From Trichinella spiralis (taxonomy: Eukaryota): DNA of 20,000 nucleotides. Positions 1-11,700 of the stretch are shown one piece after another (within the stretch, counting starts at the first letter, position 1; every line of letters starts with the position of its first letter). Both the position numbers and the translations under genes were made by a program. The notes beneath the pieces are model-generated. The model saw only the letters and a list, made by a program, of their open reading frames with translations. It had not been told where the DNA came from and did no database searches. Location of the stretch: assembly GCF_000181795.1 (NCBI RefSeq), contig NW_003526946.1:221571-241570 (forward strand), read 5' to 3'.

Positions 1-337
1 GCTATTCATTATAGTCTGCTAAGACTTGCGCAGCCTTTATAGCCTCTATTATAATTTAACTTTTTAATGCATATATGCAGATTCCTGAGATTGATCAGCG
101 TACTTTATAAGTGCCTTACAGCGTAACAGAAAAAATTACAACTGCATTAGTCAGCGACAAAGTGCTCCAGTTTACAAATCTTTTGCTTGCAGCTAGCTGT
201 AGGGCAACTATTCCGTGTTGAGCCTGCTGAAAAGAATTTTCACAAACTTTTTATGAAAGTAAATTTTCCAAAAGGAAGCTACTGAAAAAATCAACCGATT
301 TCATAGCGGCGACATTAAGTGTTTATAAAGTGGTAGT

Positions 338-380
338 GGGGTCAATTTTAGCCCCTCCCCCTTGGTAATTCGAGGGTCAA
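338..380 (-). mobile_element. Possible piggyBac-like terminal inverted repeat remnant within the SLC5 intron
   Basis: Minus strand reads TTGA-CCCTCGAATTACCAAGGGGAGGGGCTAAAATTGACCCC: a near-TTAA site, then CCCT, then an internal GGGG..CCCC palindrome. The partner end is not visible. Confidence 0.35.
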
Positions 381-464
381 CAAACGGCGGCGGGTTAACG
401 GAACTTTAATAATATAGCATTGTAAAATATGTTTATTATGCAGTTGTCTGTTTATTACTTTTAG

Positions 465-746
465 CGGTTCTTTGATTGAATTTTACAAGATATCTTACCA
501 GTATTACAGTTTTATTGGCGTTTTGGTAACCATAATTGTTGGAAGCATTGTCAGCGCTTGCACAGGTAATGTTTTTGTGCTATTAATGGAAGATAAATTT
601 ATTTAATCGTTATTTTAGGGTTTTTGAAAGGTGAAAAGGTCGACCAACGTTTGATTTCTCCGATAACTCGACGACTGTGTCCTTGTTTTATAAAGTACTA
701 CGGAAATATTGAAGATTCAGCGATGGAGATGAAATCAGACAAATAA
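465..746 (+). CDS. Last two exons (465-565, 619-746) of an SLC5 sodium:solute symporter (SMVT/SMCT/NIS-like); upstream exons not identified in this window
   Basis: Manual splicing (ttttag|465, 565|gtaatg, ttttag|619) gives GSLIEFYKISYQYYSFIGVLVTIIVGSIVSACTG-FLKGEKVDQRLISPITRRLCPCFIKYYGNIEDSAMEMKSDK*. This resembles the final TM helix (Y.lSY.yy..iG...t.ivG.ivS..TG) and tail of SLC5A5/6/8 proteins. Confidence 0.75.
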
Positions 747-2834
747 TTCTGGACACTTAGGATTTTCTTATTGATAGAGGACATTTTCATTTAATTCATG
801 ATGTTCTATTCTACGTATTTTACGTTTCTTCAAAGACAATGCATTATAGAGTATTCCTTTAAAAATATACAGAGTTGTTATTTTTGAACTAAAAGTAATA
901 TAATGGTAATACATTTTTTCACAAATGATTATCAGTTCAAATGCTATCTCTTTAAAGATTATAACTGTTTATTTACTGATGTGTGCATCATATCTACCTC
1001 CTATCTATTTATTAAAGTAAATGCATTATGAATCACCTTGTATGTTGTACATGTATGATGATATAAATGGAATGGTCTCCAACTGTCCGCACTTATTTTC
1101 CCCCATTTTCTCTCATTGTCTGTTTTACGTTGAACACTAGTTGGTAGATAAATTGTGCAATTTCGTTAGTTTTTTGACGTTGATCTGTTATTGGATGATG
1201 GGTGTTTTATCAAAATCTGACCTTTGACGTTATTAACTTCATTAATTTATGATATAGGCCAAATTGTAGTGGTATTTTACATTAGTTTTGTAATAATATG
1301 TTACTTTTTCTTTAAAAAATTTTTACTTCTTTTACTATCTATTTATTTATTTTTTACTTTTTTTAAAGTAAAACGTATTCGTCTTTAAAGGGAATGCTTT
1401 TAATAGACTTCACAGTTTCTCATTTTACTTATTAAAGAAGATCATTATTTCAGGTGAAATAAAAGTGAAAGGGTTTTCAAAATTTACCCTGATCAGCAAG
1501 CAATATTTCTCGTAAAAAATTCAATTTGGAATGGTATGGATGGATGTGGGTAGTAGTTCTTTCTCTAAACGTTTTTAATCGATTTTAATATTCTTGACCA
1601 AACAAAATCCGTTGCTTCAAAATGCATATTTAACTGAAAATTATGCCAAGCAAAATTTTATCATGTAGCTGTAAAAATTGTGCAAACCGCCTGAAGCAAT
1701 TGAATGCTACTTAAAAGAGCCATTTCTTTAGAAAGCAACTTACGAATTACATATTAGCTAAGAATATAATGTGATTTAGAGTCGTCAAAGTTGTTGCTTT
1801 TCATTGGCAATTAGTTTGCAAAACAGCCAGTATTTCGCTTTCTCTGAAGTAGCCACTTTTTTCTACTGAATCTGCTGCGCCATCTCATGGGAATATTCAA
1901 AAAAAAAACAACTACAGTCTCACTGTTCGCTGTATCTTTTTATTTGGAAACTGAAAATCTATTGTTATGTTAATCACTGAAATAGATTTTTAAATTAAAT
2001 AAAAAACACATGCAAATAAATTTTATGTTCTACGAAATGAAAGATATTATATGAATTCATTTTTATCAACAATATAAATTATATATCAACATAAAAATCT
2101 GAATAAATAAAATTATTGCAGGCCTGTACTTTTTCTGTTCTTAATAAGCATTCTTAAGAAGAAACAACATTTGCAACTGAAATTGTACATCCATTGCAAA
2201 ATCTCTCCGATAAAAAATATAAAATCCATCACTGAAAACCTTTTCGCAAATATCCTTCTGCATAATTATACGACCAAACTTACAGTTGATATATGCTGTC
2301 CGCTTCTCAATTACCAACAGCACAGAAATAAAAAAGTTGAAAAGTTTCAGATATGAACTTTGTACAGCATTTTCGAAGTCCTAAATATGTGATCTATCAA
2401 AATTACTTTTTGAAATTTTTTCTCAACAATGATCCACCATATGCCTTCCACAACCAACATAACTAACCGATTTCCAACATTTTCACCCTACCAAACACAA
2501 CTTTCTGTATCTAATAAAACTATGATCAATGTAATTGCATTTATGAAAAGGAAAAACACTGAAGCTACAAAAGTAAACTTTCATGAGCATTTATTATAAT
2601 TTATTATCCAGATATCTTCATTCTGATCAAAAGTTCATTCCAATCACTTGCAAAAACAACAATATTTTTGGGTTAAAATATTAAAATTTAATTATTTATA
2701 AAAAACACAAAAGCTAGGCCTATTAAACAAGGCTTAGTCTAACCAATCATAGCCATAAGTGAAATAACATGCAAATTCAGCATGTGAAGATAAAAAAATG
2801 GGTGGAGTTAAGTTCAGTTAAGCTACATAAATTT

Positions 2835-3479
2835 CTATTCTTCACTTTTGCTACCACCCTCGTCCGCCAAACTAATCATCATAATGCTGCTACCTCTTAT
2901 AATCAGTTGCGGCAAGTGTCGCTTCACCAATTCCACATTTGAGCTTAACTTTTTGACACTTTCGTAGCGCATTCGATTTGGCACAGTGTCCAACGGAATT
3001 TTTGAACCTTTCACAAAAATGCGTACACATTTTCTGCGGTAATAAATTTCATCAACATTTTCCACAAATATATTCCAATGTTTGTCATATGCGACCAATA
3101 TCCCGCACACTTCGCGTCTGAGACCTGTCTGTCCTCGGATTTTCAATTTCACTCGACGTCTTTCCCGCATCCAGCGATCCAACCGATCAACAACTAATGC
3201 ACTTTTCTTAGTTTGCAGTATTTGCAAATTGCGTTGCGGTAAAGCGACTTTTTCACATTTCTCTCCCAATGATGAGTCGTATGCTTTTAACAATTGAACA
3301 ACTTTACCAAATTTTGATATCAAATTTTCTTCCCAAGCATTTAAACAAGAAAATGTCTGAACAAACGTTTGATCCGCAGCTTCTCTTGAAAAATATACCA
3401 GTGCTGTCTGAGCAACAAATCCAGGCAAAAAGATGTCTGTTTTCCTCTTCAGCGAATCTTTCTCAGCAGTAGACATCAT
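2835..3479 (-). CDS. lsm11: U7 snRNA-associated Sm-like protein Lsm11, 214 aa, intronless CDS
   Basis: Sm1 motif RVKLKIRGQTGLRREVCGILVAYDKHWNIFVENVDEIY and Sm2 motif KRHLPQLIIRGSSIMMISL are separated by a long insert. The long N-terminal extension contains DIFLPGFVAQTALVY, resembling the Lsm11 LDVSSDRFDPLLALY motif. This architecture is characteristic of Lsm11. Confidence 0.85.
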   Translation of the reverse strand: MMSTAEKDSLKRKTDIFLPGFVAQTALVYFSREAADQTFVQTFSCLNAWEENLISKFGKVVQLLKAYDSSLGEKCEKVALPQRNLQILQTKKSALVVDRLDRWMRERRRVKLKIRGQTGLRREVCGILVAYDKHWNIFVENVDEIYYRRKCVRIFVKGSKIPLDTVPNRMRYESVKKLSSNVELVKRHLPQLIIRGSSIMMISLADEGGSKSEE

Positions 3480-4536
3480 ATTTATAGCTTCTCTTTACAA
3501 CGCGAGCTGGATTTCCTAAATTCGTGAATAACAAAATAAAAGCTATAATTAATGCAAATCATTCTTTTCATAATAACCAAATCAATATTTTTCAACGCAC
3601 AAACACGATGTCACAAAATGATATGCAGCATAAGCAACGAAATTCAAATAAAACATTGAAGACAACTCTAAATATTCCTCAAGTTTGTGAAAATATAACA
3701 GAATTTAAGAAATTGTTTCTGAAAAGAACTAACTTCACATTTCTCTAATGGAAATTTCATTTAAAATATTGGCCACCAAAAAAGCTCACAAGGCGAATTA
3801 TAAATTATGCTCTCTTTCTCAATTTATTCGAATTAGATTATTTCATTTTTCAAACAAAATATTATAGAACAAACATACACAAAACACAACTACAACAAAC
3901 TTACAACTAGGGCAAATTACATCACAAACAGAAGAGAATAACATGCAATCTAGAAAAATTCACAAACGTTTACAGAAATTTCAGGATATAATTACATCAA
4001 ACCAAAATTTTAGCTATTGAATATGCTTCAATCTAAAGAACTGAAACAAACGCCTTCCTTCTCAATGGCAATATATTGATTTTAACGAAACCTAAATATT
4101 TGTCAACGGTGGTAGTTTTCTTTGATCTAAACTATCTTCATTTTCAGTCAATTACATAATTATCAATTAATATTAATAAAATCAAAGCACTACGGACAAA
4201 TTGCCAATCTAATACAAAAAATGAGCAATTATGTAAAATATTGCACAACAGAAGAACACGTTAAAAATATCATGATAAATAAATAATCTGGCAAACTTTT
4301 ACAGTTTAATAATTATTCAAATTTTAAAATTAACTCGACAACCCATATTTACGAAAAACAAAATTGTTTTATAATAATAAAAATAAAGGTATAATGAAAA
4401 TCAAGTATTATTTTGAAAAATTTACAATTTTATAATTTGAAAATGGTATTTCAGGTCTTGACATTATATTCATTGAGTCAAAGTTGGATTTTAATTGACT
4501 TTTAAATCTAATTGCAAAATATTACTTCAATAAAGT

Positions 4537-5000
4537 TGACAGCAAATGGAAAAATCCAACAGTGGTCTACTGATGCCCAGACTGAAACTAAAACTGAAAG
4601 GATCCGCAATTTTGTTACACAAGCAGGATTTCTCTACGAGCTTCTCTAGTATTTCTCACTACATGACAAATGACAAGATTAGTATCCTGACCTACCTGTA
4701 GTTTTGTTCCTAGATTTTCAATGCTTTCTGTGAGTTCCACGACCATAATTAACTCTGTTCCGACCGGAAGCGGCGTCGTAGCACGCCCTAGGAATGGAGT
4801 GGGTATGCGATGACGCTTCGGGGTAGATCGCTTGTAAACATGGTTCCTGTACTCTACTGATTGGAATTTGACAACCGCGATGGATAAGCAGCAAAATTTC
4901 TGCATGGGAATGCGAAGCTGCGTAGGCAGCGTGTAAGCTAAATACGCTGAAACCCGTTAAACGCATGGGCAAATCGGCAACAACACCGGGAGTGTTGACA
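4537..5000. mobile_element. Candidate solo LTR or other inserted element, 464 bp
   Basis: GC-richer island in very AT-rich DNA. It begins TGACAGCA and ends TGTTGACA (TG...CA, 6/8 inverted match). It is flanked by taaagt (4531-4536) and aaaagt (5001-5006), a near-perfect target-site duplication. Confidence 0.45.
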
Positions 5001-6074
5001 AAAAGTACGGAAGATTGATCGAAGAAAAAATATTATTATTAAAATGGTGACGTGATATTAAATTTTTTCACTGAAAAATAAATAGTTCATATTCTCACTT
5101 CGCCAGTCAAATGGTCTTAAAAACATCAGAATCATAAACAATCTAGTTGTTTAAACTGCATTTTCATAGCATTACCATGCATCAGCATTATTTTAAATAA
5201 ATGCCAACAATTACTGCAAAATGATAAATTTGTATAAAATGCCATTTAGAAAATAGACATATTTCTTTACTGCAAGTATTCACACCTGTGATTTCAGATA
5301 ATCCAACTACGCATTGATTCCAGTGAATCAGTCGCAAATTAAAACTTAAAAAATAAGAATCTTCCAAATATTATTTAAAATTGCATACCCTTAATTGTGA
5401 ATAAAAACAGTTGCAAAATTAAATCTTTTCAACTTAATATTCCATTCACATTGAAAACACCTATTCTAATAAAAGAAGCATTTATCTATAAGACGAATTT
5501 ATGTGAAAAGATACAAATTGAAAAAATATTTAACAACACCATTTATATTAATGTTATTCTGAAACTTTCATAAGGCAAAATTAAATACTATGACAAATAC
5601 ACAGATGTTCAGAAATTAATTATAAATTCTCATCGTAGAACTGACGCATTCACTGATATATACCATTATTCTTTTTCGCCTTTTCAAAAAAGTACAATTA
5701 ACATGTGCGAAATCATTGACATGAACTTTTCATAATCAAAATCACAAAATTTGGATTAATACATAATTATCATGCGTTATTGCACTTTCCAAATAAAAAA
5801 AAATTATTCAAATGGATAAACAAGTGATTATTAATTTTCATAACTAAAATTTTATCATTTTTATAAATACATTTATATGTTATTTAAGTAAATAATGTAG
5901 ATGTTCAATATCTTTAAACAAAAACTTTTAAAGATCAGAAAAAACTTTAAAAGCAAAATTAGCTTATTTTAAAGTTTGAAATCATACGGATAACTATATG
6001 AAACAGTAATTAGTTTGCTCTGCTTGCTGCTTGCTTCAATTTGACTGCTTGTTGGTTGTTGCATTGCATGGAAA

Positions 6075-6494
6075 ATGGCCCAAATACTGCAAAATATTCG
6101 CAATGATATTTGGAATGTTATCGGTGATGAAAGCAGATTGGTTGGAAAACTGTTTGCTAAAATTGAACAAAAAACTGGCAAAAGTCGTTACCAAGCTGCG
6201 GTGATGTTAGCAATTGTGATTTTTGTGCTGTTGATATTTAGCCCTAATGCAGGATTGTTGTGCAATTGCATATGCATTGGTTATCCAGCAATGAAGACAT
6301 TAATCGAGGTGGAATCAAATGAAAACGCCACTGTAAACAATGGAAGTTTTATTGGGTTATTTTTGGCTTCTTTCCACTTGTTGATATTTGCTGAATGCAT
6401 ATCCTTTATATACCATTATTGGACGCTGAATGCATTTCTTTGTTGGCTTTTCACCTCAAGCTGCCATGGAGCTGCCACATTGTATGAAAAATTT
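6075..6494 (+). CDS. REEP/DP1/Yop1 (TB2/DP1/HVA22) family protein, copy 1, truncated by a gap
   Basis: Identical to 15598 onward for the first ~85 codons. Small deletions then accumulate towards the N gap, typical of read-end error. Confidence 0.8.
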
Positions 6495-8763
6495 NNNNNN
6501 NNNNNNNNNNNNNNNNNNNNNNNNNNNNNNNNNNNNNNNNNNNNNNNNNNNNNNNNNNNNNNNNNNNNNNNNNNNNNNNNNNNNNNNNNNNNNNNNNNNN
6601 NNNNNNNNNNNNNNNNNNNNNNNNNNNNNNNNNNNNNNNNNNNNNNNNNNNNNNNNNNNNNNNNNNNNNNNNNNNNNNNNNNNNNNNNNNNNNNNNNNNN
6701 NNNNNNNNNNNNNNNNNNNNNNNNNNNNNNNNNNNNNNNNNNNNNNNNNNNNNNNNNNNNNNNNNNNNNNNNNNNNNNNNNNNNNNNNNNNNNNNNNNNN
6801 NNNNNNNNNNNNNNNNNNNNNNNNNNNNNNNNNNNNNNNNNNNNNNNNNNNNNNNNNNNNNNNNNNNNNNNNNNNNNNNNNNNNNNNNNNNNNNNNNNNN
6901 NNNNNNNNNNNNNNNNNNNNNNNNNNNNNNNNNNNNNNNNNNNNNNNNNNNNNNNNNNNNNNNNNNNNNNNNNNNNNNNNNNNNNNNNNNNNNNNNNNNN
7001 NNNNNNNNNNNNNNNNNNNNNNNNNNNNNNNNNNNNNNNNNNNNNNNNNNNNNNNNNNNNNNNNNNNNNNNNNNNNNNNNNNNNNNNNNNNNNNNNNNNN
7101 NNNNNNNNNNNNNNNNNNNNNNNNNNNNNNNNNNNNNNNNNNNNNNNNNNNNNNNNNNNNNNNNNNNNNNNNNNNNNNNNNNNNNNNNNNNNNNNNNNNN
7201 NNNNNNNNNNNNNNNNNNNNNNNNNNNNNNNNNNNNNNNNNNNNNNNNNNNNNNNNNNNNNNNNNNNNNNNNNNNNNNNNNNNNNNNNNNNNNNNNNNNN
7301 NNNNNNNNNNNNNNNNNNNNNNNNNNNNNNNNNNNNNNNNNNNNNNNNNNNNNNNNNNNNNNNNNNNNNNNNNNNNNNNNNNNNNNNNNNNNNNNNNNNN
7401 NNNNNNNNNNNNNNNNNNNNNNNNNNNNNNNNNNNNNNNNNNNNNNNNNNNNNNNNNNNTTCCAGGAAATACATGTCGTGTTAACCTTTCATTCCTGGGG
7501 TTGGCATATCAGGTAATTTTAATATTACTATTCATCGTTTTATGCTTGTCAGTAATATAAAATTTCTCATAACAATTATACCAATAATTCTAATATTCAC
7601 TGTGATTTACATCACTAGATTCTTCTGCTGGTCTGCCAGCTAAATCCTTTTTTCAAATGCGTCTAACGCCAATATTCCTTCTCTTTATGATTCTTTTCAT
7701 AAATTTAATACGCCACTGGCAAAAATTTTTTTAAGCTAATGACAACTAATTTTCATTTTCTAATATACAGATTTTTATAATATGAATTGGTGTTTTTGAC
7801 TGTATTATAAAAAAAATGGAAGTTAACTATATTCAAAAGTATACAAACCTGAAATAAAACTCTACAGTAAGCAATATTATCTTTCTAATTTCTAATATCT
7901 AATCACAAAAATAATGGAGACGGCAATTTTGATTTGAGATATTTCCATGAAAGAATAAAACAAACAAATTGGTTTCTCACGACAAAGTAAAATTCAAACT
8001 TTAATTTCATTTTTTCTTTAGAAAATGGTTATCAACTTGCCCGTTAATGGTCATTAAAAATCAACAAGCAAATATGAGAAAAAATATCTACAATAAGCTA
8101 TAGATGAAGCCTTCAGAAAACAGTACTGTTCATAGGCAAACACACGCACATTTTATTCATTGATTTTTCTCATTTATTTATGTATGAACAAGTACTTTTG
8201 CGTCATAAATTTATTTCAACAATTTTAGTTACTTTGCTGCTGCTCCCACGCAGTGACAACGATGAACCTTGAAATACTGCTCATATTCATAATGCTTAGT
8301 ATTGCACTAATAGCGCAAGCATTGGACGGAAAAATTATAGTGCTGTTAAACATATTAAGCATCAAGAATAACAAAATATTTCGAAACTGTCCACATATTT
8401 CACATTTAAAACCCTGATAACAATTTTCTCCAACTCTTTACTTACTTAATCATACATAAATATTTGTTTCCCATCTCTTTTATTTATCATGCAAACAAAC
8501 ATCTTCACCTCAATATTATACATTTAATATGAATGGTATAATGAACTGATCATAATAATATAATGCACAGATATTGAACCATCCTCATTACATGATGTAT
8601 ACTGATTTTCTTAATCACGACAATGTGTGAAACGAAAAGCTATAATCTAAAACTCTTTAGAAATACNNNNNNNNNNGGGAGCAAGCACGGGGATAATTAG
8701 TGCTTACAGATAAGCACTAAACAAGGGGCGGGGACTGGAAAACACTTCGATCGTTGATATGGA

Positions 8764-11700
8764 TTATGCAAGGTACATGAGTTTTTAAAGTCGTAGGAGA
8801 AGTGCAATTATATGAGTCAGTTTGGTTTTGGGGGATTCAGGTTAACTGCGGGAAAAGGTACAACTAAACTACTAGGACTAATACTACTGCTGATACTACT
8901 GCTGCTACTACTACTGCTACCACTACTACTACTACTACTAGTACTACTACTACTACTACTACTACTATTACTGTCCTCATCAGAATACTTTTCCACTAGA
9001 CCAGAATTTCTAAAAAATAAAAATCAATAATTCATTCATTTTTAAATAAGTTAATTAATCAAACTTACAATGCTGCAAGAACATGATAACGAGCACGGGC
9101 GCAAACTAAATCTGCAAAATATAGTGGTGCTGGTATACTGACAGAACGAGCACATCTACCATACAGATGGCATAAATAGTATGTAATCGATTGCATAGCA
9201 TTCGCATCCATGTTGCTTTCATCAAACAGCACATGATATCGCGTCGGTCTACTAGTTCCCTGCAATTCAAATAATAATAATAATAAAGATTCAAAACATT
9301 TCACAAAGTCATACTTGAATTCCATGATGACTGCACAAAAAGAAATCATGTTCATCAGGAGATGTCACTGCTCTATCGATAACAGTACCAGCAGGGATGT
9401 TTTTCCCGCGTCCTCGTGCTGCAGCTTCATCACAACAAAAAAATCGAGCATGATGTCGCTTTTGAACCACAATAAACGTAATCAACGGCCGGTAATTTGT
9501 TGCAACTGATTTGCAAGCCCTACGAAGAGCAGACAGTTCTTCTTCCAAAACCTTTAAAAAAAATAAATTTTTACTTTGCTTTAATTAATAATACAACACA
9601 ATTTCACCTGCATAAATTGACCTTCTGATACTCCATCGCGATAAACAATAATATTTTTCGGAGCCGTACCATTAACATCAATATATTCTAGTAAACGTTC
9701 TGAAAATTGTTCGCTAAATCCAGTGATCAGTTCTTGCTTCGCTGGTTGTAGTTTCACCGAAGCATGAAATTTTGTAACTTTTGCATCCACATTTCCAACA
9801 ACCTTCAAATCAAAAACATTCCTTCAATAATTTGGAAGTACAATAACATGAATAATACCCACCGAAGCTATTGATGGTAAATGCGTTTCTACAGCTGATG
9901 GATGAACCACATCCACACCAATTACCAATGCATTATTCTTATACAAATAATTATCCAAACTAAACAAAAAACTTCCATTCAAGAATTTTTCATACGCATT
10001 CATAAATTCAATATCATACATTTCATCTTCCAGTAATTTTGCATTGATGCCACCAATTTTCATATTTATTTTCATCGCAATATTTAACATCGTCGAATAA
10101 CTCTTCTTTATTACTACATCACTTATTGTTTTTGGTAATACACACTGAGTGACCAATCCAAGAGTGATATCACCACAAGATTTCACTTGAGCTTAAAAAA
10201 GGTGAAAATACATTCAACATTAATAAAATAAATTTCATCATATAACAACAAAATAATTATTACCATATTGTTCAGATGAAAATAACGCAACAAATACCAA
10301 ATCACATTTTATTCCATCTCTGTCATATTTGTCAGCAATACGTTTTAATACCATTTCTACGGTATCATTTTTTCGCGCTTGTTCGTAAAATTTTGGGCTG
10401 TCCGGCATTTCAATTCCTGTACTACGACATGTTCTGACAATTTGCAGACAAAATTCTCTAAAGATAAAGCAAATAATCAACAAAGCTAATTTGATTTATT
10501 AATGAAATTTTGCAATACTCACTGTAACATTGATGCTTTATGTGGTGGTAGAAACGATACAAATCCAAATGATTCACAAGAAGCAGATTCAAAAAATTTA
10601 AATTCAGTCGAATTCCATGCTCCATCTTTTGGTGTAAGAATTATTTGCTAAAAATATAAGACAAATTATGAAACAAATATTTTTCAAAATGAATGATATG
10701 AATAATTATTATTTATTTACACGTCCTCCATTTCCTTTACCATATTCCAACCTAGGCGGAGGCAAAACTCGTCCACTAACAATCATTGGTTCCGCTTTAA
10801 TTTGAACGCCAAAACTTTTCAAAAATGGATCATTATTGAAATTTGATTTCTTGACCATGTCCATACACTTTAGAATTCGAGTAGGAGCGTCTGTCGAAGC
10901 AAACTAAATATATAACAATTTATTATTATTATTATTATTATTATTATCAATATTTAAAATCATTAACATACTCGAATTATAGAAGTCGTTTGACACGCTT
11001 TCAATTTCTTGTTGTATCTTTGACAGTTTGCCACTTGACAAAGCTAAATTGGCCAAAATGAATTCATTGTATTAAAAAAAGTTGAAACAATTGTCAGTTT
11101 TTTATACTTCAACTGGGAAATAAATTGGTTTTGATTTACTGCCGACTTCAACCAACGGCAAATTTGGATACTTTAATGGCCCATAAACATCACGAAAATA
11201 TTCCGCAACTGAAATTTCTTTTCCATCTTTTTGGAATTTCATCGATACTGCCGTACTGAGTATATTTTTAATACGATAAATTCGATCTTGATTTCGATGT
11301 GTTGTATGAATGCAGACCCCTAAATTAATAAATAATGTTTAAATATATTTCAAATATTCCAATGACGATTACCTTTTAATTCTGGTATCAACAAGTTCAA
11401 ATGTTCTGGATGAAGTTGGGTTTTCGATCTAAGCTGATTTGGATGAAATCTTACTTCACGTTCATCACCATTCAATATGTCGCAAATCAAATTTATCAGT
11501 GACTGACGCTTGTAAAAGCAACTGTGTGATACTAAAATCCATTTCAATTATTAAAATTTTTTCACAAAAATGAAAAACAATTTCCATCACACCATCAATA
11601 TTAATCGCTGGTCGAAAACCATCAATTACGCGCGCAGAAATGAACAAGCCTCTCCATAATTCAATGCCATATTTCACGTCCACACCAGCACCTTGTGGAA

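Noticed and set aside
2141..2356. Short overlapping ORFs (also 3524-3748, 4615-4972, 12805-12987, and antisense ORFs over REEP)
   Set aside because: No recognisable motifs; expected by chance or shadows of real genes.
4190..4202. U7-like Sm site (minus strand AATTTGTCCGTAG) near lsm11
   Set aside because: Imperfect match to AATTTGTCTAG and no 3' hairpin follows.
6416..7560. Long ORFs of 352-469 aa
   Set aside because: Artifacts of translating through the N gap at 6495-7459.
8764..8870. Premature stop (8785-8787) and frameshift suggesting an Argonaute pseudogene
   Set aside because: Confined to noisy sequence beside a gap. The other 17 exons are intact and copy 2 shows a clean ..IMYFA* end.
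8812..9030. Poly-Leu ORF, and the poly-Thr/poly-Val ORFs at 18013-18441
   Set aside because: Alternative frames of the (ACT)n microsatellite whose real frame is Argonaute poly-Ser.
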